Shown here: piece by piece, positions 38,254 to 51,245 of the stretch
How the letters are laid out: every line of letters starts with the position of its first letter
Position numbering within the stretch: the stretch's first letter is position 1
Assembly (NCBI GenBank): GCA_965203295.1
Contig: CBDBCZ010000017.1
Span: forward strand, 2,144,001 to 2,208,000
Length of the DNA stretch: 64,000 bases
Source: Nitrospirales bacterium
Lineage (GTDB): Bacteria; Nitrospirota; Nitrospiria; Nitrospirales; UBA8639
Direction of reading: 5' to 3'
Made by a program: the position numbers and the translations under genes
Notes under the pieces: model-generated
The model's database searches: none
Told to the model about the DNA's origin: nothing
The model's input: only the letters and a program-made list of their open reading frames with translations

Positions 38254-38452
38254 CAGGCGTCTCCTTGTTGGTGTCTGCCTGCCCCGAGGTCTCGCCCCCT
38301 CCGCCGCCGGTGACCTCGACTTGGCCCCGGCCCTTGAGGGCCTTGTCGAGCATCTGCTCCATCATACCCGCGAGGGTCTTCAACTGCGTCTCCGAGAAAC
38401 CCGTACCCGTCTCGGTGCTGGTGCCGGGTGTGTCTCCTTCGGGGCTTGCCAT
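38254..38452 (-). CDS. Predicted leader exon (MASPEGD...ETP G|gtgag) of Ngaro element 1
   Basis: ATG at 38452 just inside repeat A1; 199 nt (phase 1) to a GTGAG donor at 38253. Confidence 0.6.
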
Positions 38453-41400
38453 CGGACGACCGGATAATACCAACCAAAATTAAACTAAGCTCAGAAAGCT
38501 AGTGATCTCACGGAGAGTGACTCAGAGAGGGAGTTTGCTGCTCTTTGTTGGCTGAACCATGTAACCGCAATGGCACGAGGCAGGCACTACGCTGCGCATG
38601 CGTGCCCCGGCGCCGGCCGCCCTCCCTATGCCCTGCCTCCTGGCGCCCGCCCCAGCCTCGCATGTTAACTCGGTTTAACTCCGTTAAACCCTATATATGC
38701 AGCACTTGCTCAAAATACTTGTGGGTTGCTAAAACTCTCAATATTATCATTACAGTGCATGAATATCATTAACTGCTCTGCAGCCATATTATGGCCCTAC
38801 ATTGTACAGTGGAGACTACAGCTCTGGTGCAAATACTACTAGTTCCGGTTTTGGTCAGCATAAAGTTTTGAGATTCACATGTAAGCATGATCTTACACGA
38901 GTTAATGTCTCCAGAGGAGGTTGGAAGCGGTCATGTACACTAATAGTGGAATCCAATTAGCTATGCTTTCTGATGATGTCAATAAAACGTCTTGGGCATA
39001 AAGTTTAGAGACTCACACATGTAAAGCATGAACTTGCCATGGAATTCTCAATGAACAGCATTAAAGTAAACCTCACACCGAGGCCTTTAACCTCATACTG
39101 TAGCCATGGAGAAAAATTTGGACAAAAGGACTTTGGCATGAATTGAGGAATGTCGGGTAGTTCTCAGCGGGGTGGGGGTGGGGGGGGGGGGTGGCGGTGT
39201 GGCTAGAGTCCACACATATTATTTGTCTACTTTCCATACTACAAACCAATTCTGGGTAGCAATCTAGCCAATGTGATCTACATGTACGTACAAGATCTTA
39301 TAAGTGTTCTCTCTACCCTGAGCCCCAATGTCTGTGAAGGTAGATGGGACTTAGAAAGTAGTCAGCTAACTGAATATTCAACAGTGTAGGCTGGCAGTTT
39401 AAAGCTAAATTTGTGCAAGACTCTCCCTCTTCTTATTTCATTTTTTACCCTGCACCCATATACACCAGTGGGGTTGAGCAATCTGCTGTTGTTGTACAGC
39501 TGTCCTTAAAAAAAATTCGATTTAGAGGCTCTAACAATTTCAAAACAGGATGTAACTAAAGAAATAAAAAAAATCGAGGTGTGTGTGTGTCCTGACAGTG
39601 ACCTAAGGGTTCTAGCCAGCTCTATCATATTCAATATCAGTAAGGTCTACCATTTTAATACGGTGAAGAACTCCACTAAGGCAGAGGCCAGGCACACGCG
39701 GTCTCTTGACATGTGTTCACGGAGGAGTATACACAGCGAAGTGTCTGTGTCATTACTGCGGTGATCAGTCACGCCCTACGGCAGTACATGAACACGATAT
39801 ACTTGTCCTTCATGCTGCCAATAATTTAGGTCCAGTCTTCAGAGTCCAGGAGCTTGGGGCATGTATCTGCTGAAAACATTTATTTGCTTTTTTTGTGAGG
39901 GTGGGGGGAGGGCCCGGGGAGGGTCTAGTGAGCTAGACTAAGGGTTCCCTAACCTTTCTGATCACTGCTTGTCCAGTTCAGCATGATCTCAGGTGCCCTC
40001 CACCAGCAGTCAGTCATAGCTCTCACTCACTCCTCGCTTTAGGTCCTAAGGTGGGGGAGAGGGAATATGCAATGACCAGGTCATGTGGAAGCAACTAATT
40101 ACAGCAATGGAGAGAACCAATTACTACTGAGCGATGTGAAGCAGAGTGAAGAAGTATTTGGGGTCAGATCTCTCTTAGCAATCTGTACGGTCACCATTCC
40201 ACACATACGCACTTATGCTCCCAATATCCAACAATCGCCACGAGTGCACATCCAAGTCAAGACATTCTGATCACTAACCGACAGCAAGGTAGGATCTGAG
40301 GATCCAAGAAGTTGAAGAGAGGACAGCAGAAGATACTACTGCTGCTATGGTACTTGCTAGGCAACAGTGTAAGTACCAGGAGACCCCAGAGGCTGACTGA
40401 GACCAGGCTCCAACGAGGGAGAGAGGTCAGGCACCACTGGAATAGAGTGTGCCAGAGAGAGAGAGAAGGGCAGTAGGTACCCCTCGGAAGAGAGGGAGTG
40501 TCATGCTTTAACTACGTACCAGAAATTCCAGTTTGTATGCTGGGAGTGGGAGGTGGGTGGGGGTGGGAGCCTAAGGTTAGCAAGTCACTTGTGGGTTGGC
40601 ACAGTTATCGATATTCATTCAGTCATTACTGTCTATGATCACTGTTCACTCTAAGTGGAGCCTGAGCAACAAGATATACAGTCACTGTGGACCAAGTGCC
40701 TGTTAGGAACATTACCTCAATAAATGCACACACCCGGCCTGTCATACTGATGTATACCCCAAATAGCCTCGTTCCCAGTACTTTACACACCAGCTTTTAT
40801 CTCACAGCCACGGGAAAAAAGTAAGGGGGAAGGCCTGGTACCACTTATCACGTGCCGTGATGCAGGGTAGACGTTTATACCCACACAATGGTACTTACAT
40901 GCCCATGCACTACTGCTTAGCGCTTAAATTTCACAGGTCTTTAATTTCACAAATTTCGTGAATCTGCAAAATTATTTTTAATTTTGTCGCTTCCGACTTT
41001 ACACAGATGTTTCTGTTTCAGTACTTCAAGTGCCCTCGCCCGCGATTTCTGCAGCAAACAGCCAAATCACTGCTATCTGCCAGCGCGAAGGTCAGGGAGC
41101 ATACTTGAAAATGAGCACAGACAAGAAGGCCGAAATTGGACATCAAGCAGCAGAGCATGGAGTGCTAGCCACCATTCACTGCTACGCTATTGTCTGTGTG
41201 CAGTACACCCGGTTACACCCCACCCATAAATTCAGTAGTACGTGTTTAATGAATTTGCAAATTATTTAGCTATTCGCTATTTTTAGACCCACCAAATTTA
41301 AGCGCTATGTGGTAAATGAAAAACGGCATCCGTTGAGCACAGAATGACTGCAAATTGAAACTGAGGGCTGTTGACTGAGATAAACAATCCTTCGGGTAGC

Positions 41401-42487
41401 GATTTGTGTAAGTTCCAACTGTTCACGGCTGAAAGGGACCGTTCTAGAAGGCCTGATGGCGGGTGAGAGGCCATGACAGTGAGAGATGCTCCTACCTTTT
41501 ATCTAGCTGCCATAAGTGTGGGCTTATCGCTGCATGAAGGATCGTCTGCCTCAGTCAACAGGCCTCGGTGGTGCCATTTCTGTTGTTCTGTGCTTAACAA
41601 TGCCGATTTTGAATTACTAAGTGGGCATGTAAGTACACACGCATGTAAGTACTGTTGCATGGGCATATACGTAAGTCTACCCTACATCACGGTACGTGAT
41701 AAGTGGTACCAGGCCTTCCCCCTCGCTTTTTCCCCACGGCTGCGAGATATACAAGCTAGGGTGTGGAAATGAGGCTATATGCCAATACTGTTTGACAACA
41801 TTGGCACACGATCCAAAAGTGCCACTCCCCAGTGTGTGGATGATAACCGTCACAGTGAGCTAATATTAGCTCCATTTACTTGCCTCTCCCGAGCAGTTCA
41901 CGAGATAATGATTATACAATGAATAACATTGCTACATAAACTTTTGTGAATAGCCTGATCATGTTCCAAGGCATTGTAGACGGAGAATACACCTCAGCAA
42001 ATGGGTTTACAAGTCCTTGGGTCCTTGTAGTGTTTTCTGTCCTAGCATTTAGAATCATGCAGGCTTGTTTCCCAAGAACTCCAAGGCAGACTTCTTGTGT
42101 GCACACATGCCTATTTCCCATAATCAGTCAGTGTGGCGCCAATAATAGGAAAGTGCCGATACTTTGTCACTTACAATTACATTACATACACATTTCATAG
42201 ACAGTTCATGGGTAGTGAGTAAATGATCGTGCCCGGTAACAGCTTGCAGTGACATCACCTGATTACATTGGTTTCAAGTTCCTCCCATGAGCAAATTCTA
42301 CCATCACATCCTACATCTACATAGCCATCTACCTCTTCTCTCACCCAATGAATAAGCCATTTGAAAAAAAATAAAAAACATGCAGGGATGGAATCTCCAA
42401 AGAGACAAAACAGCACCACAATGCTTTACAAACGCCATCCCCACATCTACTCCATGCTAATGAGTTTACTTTCTAAGGGACTGAGTT

Positions 42488-42554
42488 GTGCCTTTTGGCT
42501 CTCCAAAAATTGTGTGCATTATTTCATGCACTTTTTCCTGGTGCATCAGGATCC
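42488..42554 (-). ncRNA. Putative Sm-class small RNA, cassette L8 copy B
   Basis: Same 5' part as copy A; TATA ~42578-42584; ACCCACAAGTGTTGTCTCA upstream. Confidence 0.55.
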
Positions 42555-43582
42555 CAAATTTCTGCTGCAGCTTGCTCCTTATAAACCCAGTCACTGAGAC
42601 AACACTTGTGGGTCTAGCAGCTACTAATGAATTCATAGGACATACTCAGCAACGTTCCAGACTACGCCTGATCGTGCTCGTGATGAACCCTCAACCACAT
42701 AGCTCTCAGCTGACTCCTCTCTACACTACACTGCCAGTCGATGTGAGGCAGGATCATCAACTTTTAGGCAATATCAGAAGCTGTTTGCTCCTTCCGCCTA
42801 TCTAGCAGGGACACATATAGCACTAGTGTCATACATGATTGACAGATACACCCGTACCACTAGTTGCTGCAGGAGCAAGCCTTTTTAAAGGACTGTTAGT
42901 AGCTACCCACCTAACCTGCCTCCATCCAACACTCAGCTACAAAAGTGGTGATGACTGTGAAAGTGTATCCACTAAGGGTTGAGCTAGTACAGTGCACTTA
43001 CGGCTAGGCTTCGGTCTTAGCTTTCCTGTTTTGCTTTGCAGTTGTTTGCAGTCGCTGTTTCTGCAGTTGTTTGCAGTTTCTCCTTTGAGTTACTGCCTCC
43101 ACATGGCTCAGGCAGGAATCAGTCAGCTACACTAGCTATAGTGGAGATTTTTAATGCAAAGTTGAGGATTGAACGTGGAGCTGCCTCTACATGTACGTGG
43201 TTCAGTCAGTAGCACTATTGCTGGCCTTGGCATATGCAAAATGTTTTATACAAGTCACTAGAGGGGACACTTCTTTTCATTTCTATCTGTAAAGAGCGAG
43301 CGAGCGAGTTCAACAAGCCCAAATAGTTGCGCGAGCAAAGCGAGCACAACTACTAGTACATGTAAACCAGAGTTAAGGCTACAAGATAGCAGTCCATTTG
43401 TAAAGTGAGAGAGTGTATTCCTGCTAGCATGTACAATGACATGTAGCCTGAGGAATGCTGCCAACTCCCAGACAACAACTCACTGCTACTCACAACTTGC
43501 AGGCTTATAATGTGGCTACTGAGACCTTGGTTACCAAAGGCCCACCCTGGTGACCCCTTCTACCAAGACACTAACCATAGCA

Positions 43583-43733
43583 GTTCCAGTTCAGCATGAT
43601 CTCAGGTGCCCTCCAGTAGCATGATATGCTGCGACGTATCTAGACAGTCATGATCTCGGCTGACGCTCGAGCCAGGACAAACTTGAGGATTTCAATCTCA
43701 TTCAGTTACTCTGGTGTTATTGAGCTTCAGAGC
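43583..43733 (-). pseudogene. p38-like MAPK exon relic (B/C junction copy)
   Basis: EIEILKFVLARASAEIMT (cf. ELKILDFGLAR...EMTGY), then frameshifts and YWRAPEIMLNW. Confidence 0.85.
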
Positions 43734-46570
43734 CTGAGGTTGGAAAAAGGTTGGCATGGCAATGTAAGCTTCAGAACGTATTTCTCCAACTTGTGAGGGA
43801 AATCAAGGCTAGTAGTGGACAGCATGTGGTGTGTGGGGGGTTGAAAAATGTCCAAAGATGTAGTAATCTGTAAAAGAATTTCGGTACCATGATTGTTTTT
43901 TTTTTTTATGGATTCCATCCCTACATGTTCTTTAAGTGTTTTTCCTTTAACCTAGCTGTTTCTGTCCTTTATCAATGGAAAGAAGAGGATGGATGGTTGT
44001 GCAAATGGTATTATAAGGTAATTGTGATTATTATGCTCTGGAGTTATGCATCAGTGAACTCTGTCAATTTCCTATAGAGAACGTCGAACACACACACAGC
44101 AATCTCAATTTGCATCATCACAACAGGGGGCTCACACACGCTTGCCCCTAAAATTTTCAGCCTTCAATTACGGAGAAAATCGTTCGCCAAGTCTTGTGGT
44201 CTTGTTAAATGGGCTGGTTAGCAAGTACTTTCCTATTTTGTTCACATTCAATTCTCAGTTTCTACGAAACTTAACTAGTCCATACAATCACCTGTGCTAA
44301 TAATACTGTAGTTTTCTCATACTCGCACCACAATGCCCTGTATTCACGTAGTGCATGCTACCACAACACTGACTATTAGCTATCAGAGTCACGGGATGGT
44401 CAAAATTAGCCACAGTGTTGGTGGATTTGTAGTACCGCTACCAAGGGAGGCTTGAGGTCTTGTAGTCAGTATAAAGCTATGAGCACTCGAAGGTAGCTGA
44501 TTAAGAGCAATGTGGCATTTTTATCACAGCATGCAGTATCAAAGGAGTTCAGGAATCTATCCATGCAATGTACTGGCGACCTCATTCCCCGGCCTTCCCC
44601 CCTGGGCTGCAAGACAAAAGCTAGGGCAGGAAGGAGTGGACCCGAGACTATAGGACCTTCCTTAAAAATGCAGCTCTTGTTCAAAACACTTTGTAGGTGG
44701 ATGCTACAATTAAGGTGCATGAATACTTTATATTTGAGCCTGGCGTAATTCCACTTGCAGCTGCTTTCCCCCTGATGGTAGAGTTGTTAATGTAGCTTGT
44801 AACTGTAGTTACCCGCACGCGTATGCAAGTAGGTTAATTCAGTAATTGCTCCTGTTCATCTGTTTGTCGTCAGTCCAGAGAGAAGAAAGAGAATTAAAGG
44901 ATTTAATACCTTAATAAGCAGCATAACAAACAAGAGCAAAAAAAAACAGCCATAATGTACGCGTACCTGATCAAAGCAGTTTTTTAAGCCAGTATTTTCT
45001 ATTCTTCATAACACTGGCCCTACCTCTTCACGATCACAGAAATGAGAAACTTAGAACTTTACAATTGGAGAGGCATGTATACTTGCTATTTATTTATTCG
45101 TCGTAATACGTGGCTCCACCTTTTACGAGCACTTGTTTTTTTTTCTCGATAGGTGCTCATAGTCCATTTTAGTGATCCTCAACATGATAGTAACACACAG
45201 GGTAAGTACTTACTGTCTATATCACTTTAAGGTATTATGGCATTGGAGATTGTGTACAACAGTACTGTTCAGATCTGACAAATTCGAGGTCATCATGCGT
45301 TCACGAGATAAAACATGGTTTGCAGTTTAGTAATCCAGCAAAGGAAGTCAGCAAAAACTGTTGGTGTCCACATTGATAGCATGCTCATGCATGCATTCAA
45401 TATACATTAGAGCCCCCAGCAGGCCAACACTCATTGCAATCATATCAGTGAGGTGGCCAGAACCCCAATCATAGTGAACACAAAACAGCGGGGCAACTCA
45501 CTACCCTAACCACATGCAGCCAAAATGCCACCAGAAGCCCCTTCCAATTATCGAACACAGGACCTTCCTAACCTAGCTCACAATAGATACAATTACATGC
45601 TGAGCACTGTCCTACCTCCTTGTCTCCACTGCCAATGCCGCATGGCTTTCAACGCTTTATGGGCAGCTGAAATGGTGGTAGCAGATACTACCACTAAAAG
45701 TAGACCATTGGGCAAAGATAATGCTGACTACACGCGTGGAACATATCAGTACAGTGCCATCACAGCACACTGAGACTAGCTTAGTACATGCCGAATGCTG
45801 ATGATTTTAAATTTTCACAAACAATATTTTCGTGTACAGTTACAAAGCTGTGAAATTTACGAAACTACTCTCCCTCAAAGAAATCCCACTATACGGTAGG
45901 TAATATCTATTACAGACAGCTAGACTTCAAGACAGCAGTCATAGTTTTGTTCCCAGTCTCCACTGCTAGCTCTATTTTAGTATGTTGGAAAGTAAGTAGC
46001 ACATTATATGAAAATAAAGGTAGTGGAGCCTGGGCTGGGAGTGCTTGCACTCTCATATGGACGCAGGTCTAGTATTTGCGGAGACGCACAGTGGGAATGC
46101 GCAGCCTCATTCCCAGGCCCAGGCCCAGGCCATATTTGGCTAGTAATACATAAAACTCATCACAGTGCCTGGTGAGTAAAGTCACACGCACAGGACAAAG
46201 AGAAAGGAAGTAGAAAGGTATATAGACTGGGGGTGAGCACAGCTGCAATTCTCAGACGAGTGAAGGTAGCAAATCAGTGGCTAATCTTCATAGCCCGTTT
46301 GTGTCACCGACTTATTGCTGAAACAGGGTCTCTGGTAGAATGTAGAGAAACACAGCCATCGTTTGATTAGTTCCTACACATAGAGATACCAGGCGGTACT
46401 AGTGAACCAGGACCAGGAAAAAGTTTGGATAGTGTAAGGTTAGGGTACAGAGCTGTTTCAGAGGCATTTCCAGAACTGTGTGATGAGATGTTCTACATAA
46501 CCCACCTAACACCTGCTAGAATCGGATAGCCCCCCCCCCCCCCACCTCATATGTTAGTTCCGTACATAAA

Positions 46571-46633
46571 TCCCATACAAGTGGGCTTCCAAAAATTCGC
46601 TATTGCTGGTAGACAGATAGAAGTTTAACTTTG
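46571..46633 (-). ncRNA. Putative Sm-class small RNA, cassette L9 copy C (different 5' segment from copy B)
   Basis: CAAAGTTAAACTTCTATCTGTCTACCAGCAATAGCG-AATTTTTGG-AAG-CCCA-CTTGTA-TGGG; promoter identical to copy B. Confidence 0.6.
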
Positions 46634-49600
46634 CTCTCTGGTCTGGGAGAAGCTACTTTTATAGCCCCACTGTGAGCAAGTCTCTTGTGGGTTTGGTACT
46701 AGTAATGATATTCATTCACCCAGAATGTAATTATGATCACAGTAACAGTTACAGCTCACTCTCAGGGCATCAGGTGGAGCCTGAGTGGCCAGACACAGTG
46801 GCCCAGCAGGGGAGCCGGCCAGTCTGGCAGGACACTGGACCAATGTTCACGCTGAGTTTACATCATGGCTTCCGCTGCTGAGCGTGCTGGTAGGACTCAA
46901 CGACAGCAAAGATCCATCCATCCAATTGCAAGAGCTTCGCATTTCGAAATCGGTGACAAAAAGTTAGTCTGGCCCTTAAGACTACGGTAGGGTGCTAATC
47001 CTTCATCAATCGAGCCCTTGTCTAGGCTCCACCCTTTATTGAACGGGAGGGGATGAAACGATTTCTATGCACATAAGCCAAGTGACACTGTCCACACTAC
47101 TCTATGGTATACAAACCACATAGGATTGTGGGACTGGTATTTCACATCTGGAGATTACTTTTGGAAGTTTGAGCTAAAGGCTCTGATACTGTGCAGCATG
47201 TGGGCGGTACTGATTCGTAAAGACTCCATGAGAGCCATTCCTAATCCCTTAAAAAGCGTAATAACAAGTCTGGCATTTCATGTCTAAAAACCAGCCAGGC
47301 ATCTTTCCCGTACAATACACACAACTCAGCTCAGGCCCAAGCTAACTGCAGCTGTAGAACTACAAACTATACTACAATAGGGATTCTGCAGAAACTGACA
47401 AGCAATCGAACGCAGTACAGCAAAAGTGCTGACTCAGTAGTTTCGTTGTGTACTTCCAGTTAGTAGCTACATGCCACGAAAACAGGATCTTTATGGCTGC
47501 CTACCAAGTTTTTGCCATCTAGGCAACACACAACCACCTTTATTTGCTGTAGCTTGGCCTGCAATCCTCTAAAAGTTGCTATATAATGCAGTTGCATAGA
47601 AATGTATGACGTAACATATTGCACACGTGATAAGTGTGGACGCACAAACAGACAAACCAACACGGAAAACGTAAAGCAATCTTGGGACCAGCTGTTTGCG
47701 GGCTGCGTGCACTCCGGCTGGTAAAAAATTTATAAGCTTTGGGTGGGGAGGGAGGGAGAATAACACTTCAGCCGAACTAATGCTAAAGTGCTTCCGGTGC
47801 CCCTGCCCAGATGTAGAGAGTGCAGTATAATTGAATGAAAGCATAATCAAAATTAATACCTTAGGAGCTAAGCTTTCTTAGTTACAGAGCTTCACTTAAA
47901 GTATTATGCTAATTAAAAAGCTTAATACGTATCCCATAGTGTGCATGCACATTATGTACCACCAAGTGGGGGTATCAAAGGAACGACCATATGCTCATAT
48001 TCAGTGAGATTGTCATGTGTTGTACAATTTCAGCAATATTGAATGCTGCACTGCCCAAAAAAGTATTTTACAAAGCCAAAGTAGAGAATTTACAAAGCAG
48101 AAGTAAATAGTACACAAAGCTTAATTAATTAAACGGTGTAATGGGCTCAGTTTGGCAGTAAAAAAACAAAGCTATCAAAACTACTACATACCCAGAAGTA
48201 TTCCAGCAAGGCTTGAAGGGCTACTTAGCAGTCAAATTAGCCTGAGACTAGCACTTTGGCACAAAACGATGGGATGGCAATGTGGCTACATATATACACA
48301 CAGAGATACAATGAAACTAGGCATAGACGCTGAGATGAAGAGTAGTTTACTACATCGATTTGCGAGCAAGTAAATGCAACATATCCTTCATAAGTTACGT
48401 ATGTGAAGCAGAGTGAGGTCAGTACTTGGGCTCAGGATCTCAGACAGCATTCGGTACACCAACCACGCTACATACATGTACACACTTGTGCTCCAAATAT
48501 CTGACAACTGCTATGCACATGGTTTATGGGAGTATACCCCTCGAGCCTGCGGCCCTCGCGGCGTATTCCCAAAAATCCTCCTCCACAGCAGGTGGTATAT
48601 CACTGATATACACCTCCTGAACATGATTTCTTGTAATCTTTGGAGCCAACAAAGCCTTCTCATTAGGGTGCAGTAGGCCGCTTTTCACAGGCCTCCAACA
48701 ATTTTCTGGCAGTTGTCCATGCCCTGGAGAAGTTCCTCATTCCCACAATACAACTCTCGTGCTTCATACAAGTCTCACACCGCAACACAGCCACGAGCGT
48801 TTTGGCCACTTATATCGGTCTACTTCAAACCACATCGGGTAATAATCTAGCCAATGTGATCTACGAGATTTAGCATCCTTTGAGACCTTATTAGTGTCCT
48901 CCACTAAACTCCAGAAAGTAGATTGACTTATGAAACCAGTTAGCTGGTATCAAACCCACAAGTGCCTTGCTTACTGTGAGCAAGGCACTTGTGGGTTTAA
49001 TACAAATACATACATTAATTCACCCAGAATGCAATTACTATGGTTACAGCTCACTCTCAGTGCACCAGATGTAGAAAGTGTATGCTGGCCCAATATCTTA
49101 AGAAGATAGGTTAGTTAGTACACACCTAGCCCGACATAATACTGTATAGAGCGTAAATTTAGTGGGTCATTAATTTCACGAATTTCGCGAATTTGGAACG
49201 ATTCGCAAAAATTATTTCAACAAAATTTTGTATACTTCCGCTAGTATGCATAGATAGATAGTAGAGTGCATGTGCCTATGTTTTTGGTATTTCAAGAGCG
49301 TGGATGGGCAGTAGTATCCGGGGTCCAAGTTGCCAGAGCGCTCTCCAAACAAGTACCCTCGTCTGCGATTTCTGCGGCAAACAGCGAAGTCGCTGTACTT
49401 CAGCTGTCTGCCTGCGCGAAGGTCAGGAGAGCATACCTAAAAATGAGCGCGAAGAAGGCTGAAATTGGAAAATGAGCGGCGGAGCGTGGAGTGCTAGCCA
49501 CCATTCACTACTTAAGCTTCCTTTAAATCTGTGCACATAGTAACTCAGGCACGCTCTGCCTATAAATTTATTAGTACGTAGGTGTGGCGAACGAACTCGT

Positions 49601-50579
49601 GAAATTATTTTAACGAAATGTTCAAAAACGGCTATTCGCGAATTTTTAGACCCACCAAATTTAATTGCTATACAGTAGAGTATGACAAGAATTTGGCTAC
49701 CAATATTAATGTAAACTACCAAACTGTCATTTGTCTATATTGCTACACAATCTGAAAGCGTAAATTTAGGAAGATCCCCATTTTGTGGGTGGTATTGTCA
49801 TAGTGAGCTCTTACTGTCACCATTTGATGGGCCTTCCCCATGCAGTTTACAATAATTTACCAAGGATAGGATAGTATAGCGACTCAGCTTAAAATTGTAA
49901 TGTCAGAGCTGACATTGACCATTTCCACTGAACAGTAGCCAGGCGGGGCTGGAACACACCTCAGCCAAAAGGCTCTATGTATGGGCACCTAGCGCTCTGA
50001 AGTGAATATGGGTCTCTCCTATAAAGAAGGCATAATTAAACTAATTATAAGTTTCATAAGAAACAATGCCCCCCCTTCCGAGAAAAGTAAAGCAAGGCCC
50101 CGGCAGCCAGACAACCAGTACACGCTGTGTGATGGGTGGGGTATGTGTTGCTCCAGCAGGCTGTTGCTGGGTCCTCAGGGAGGAGGAGGAGGAGGAGGGG
50201 CCACTGACCCCTCAGACCTCTCCTGTCAGTGATTCAGGACAGCTGCAGTCAGCAGAGCTATAGAGTAGAACTCCTCCAAATCAGGAGTCCTGGGCTCGGA
50301 CAGGACTGATGTACTTATACTGCTAGTGCTAGGGGATGTTTCGGTATCTCAGCAAGTCACAATAGCCTGCAGATGATCAATATAGTCACTGATACATCAC
50401 GGGTACTGACACCACTGGCTAATATCTACCAAGAGGGTGTACTTTGAGTACCAAACTGAGTAATGAGGGTTAATTGTGGCAATTAACCCAAGTTAATAGG
50501 TCATGGTGCTCGTGCATATCACGTGGCTACAAGGTAGCCATCTGCGCATGCGCACAGCAAGAGCTCGTGCAGCCAGGTC

Positions 50580-50703
50580 GAGCCAGCTACCGGGTGTGTA
50601 TTCGCAGTTCGAGCCAGCTACCGGGTGTGTATTCGCAGTTCGAGCCAGCTACCGGGTGTGTATTCGCAGTTTGAGCCAGCTACCGGGTGTGTATTCGCAG
50701 TTC
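50580..50703 (+). repeat. 31-bp tandem repeat x4 at the end of repeat A1 (one copy in A2)
   Basis: gagccagctaccgggtgtgtattcgcagttc at 50580, 50611, 50642, 50673. Confidence 0.9.
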
Positions 50704-50704
50704 G

Positions 50705-50927
50705 ATGGCGTCTCAGCCTCACGAAGGTCAGGGCGAGGGTGATGGCACAGCCAACCCTCGGGACAGCCACGAGGATCCTCGCACTGAGGTGGTGCCGGAA
50801 GTCTCCACAGCGGGTCGGAGCATTCCCCAAGTCCCGGTACAGGTGGTCCGCCTGGAGGATCTCCAGAAAACAGTGGACACGCTAGTGGCGAAGGCTATAG
50901 ACAAAGGGTCACCTTCGCCCGCTGCCG
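50705..50927 (+). CDS. Predicted leader exon (MASQPHE...PAA G|gtgagt) of Ngaro element 2
   Basis: ATG at 50705; 223 nt (phase 1) to a consensus GTGAGT donor at 50928. Confidence 0.65.
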
Positions 50928-51245
50928 GTGAGTGCCTAGTATTATCGCAATCGGCACACGCTTGATGCGGTGCTTAGGGTACCTAATACTCTTTCTCTGT
51001 GTGTGATTCAATCACCACGGATGACGGGTTACCGTGTTGGTACCCGGTAATACCTGGGATGCCGTGATATTGCTATTATTTGCCCGTTTGGGGGGGTTGA
51101 CTTGGGAGACCACCCGTAAAGTAGTGATTCAAGGAGCCTCATACTTGGCTGTGCCGGGTCACTGCTCGTGATTCGGAAACTCAGTAACGCTGAGTTAAAG
51201 GGGGGGAAAGGAGTGTGGTTTTATTATGGGTGCTTGTTACCGTAG

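Larger units (their letters stand above)
32812..38694 (-). mobile_element. Ngaro-type (DIRS order) tyrosine-recombinase retrotransposon, apparently intact
   Basis: gag, RT/RNase H and YR ORFs. Split direct repeats in element order: A1 (38476-38691), ORFs, B1 (33354-33569), A2 (33135-33350), B2 (32812-33027). No methyltransferase domain. TAT core shared by the empty site and the B1/A2 junction. Confidence 0.95.
18870..43656. repeat. Tandem segmental duplication, copy B (carries Ngaro element 1 and a ~2 kb insertion)
   Basis: Colinear with copy A apart from indels and insertions. Confidence 0.95.

Noticed and set aside
37808..38483. Long Gly/Pro/Ala-rich overlapping ORFs
   Set aside because: GC-rich sequence, mostly within the predicted gag intron; only the first 199 coding nt are retained as a leader exon.
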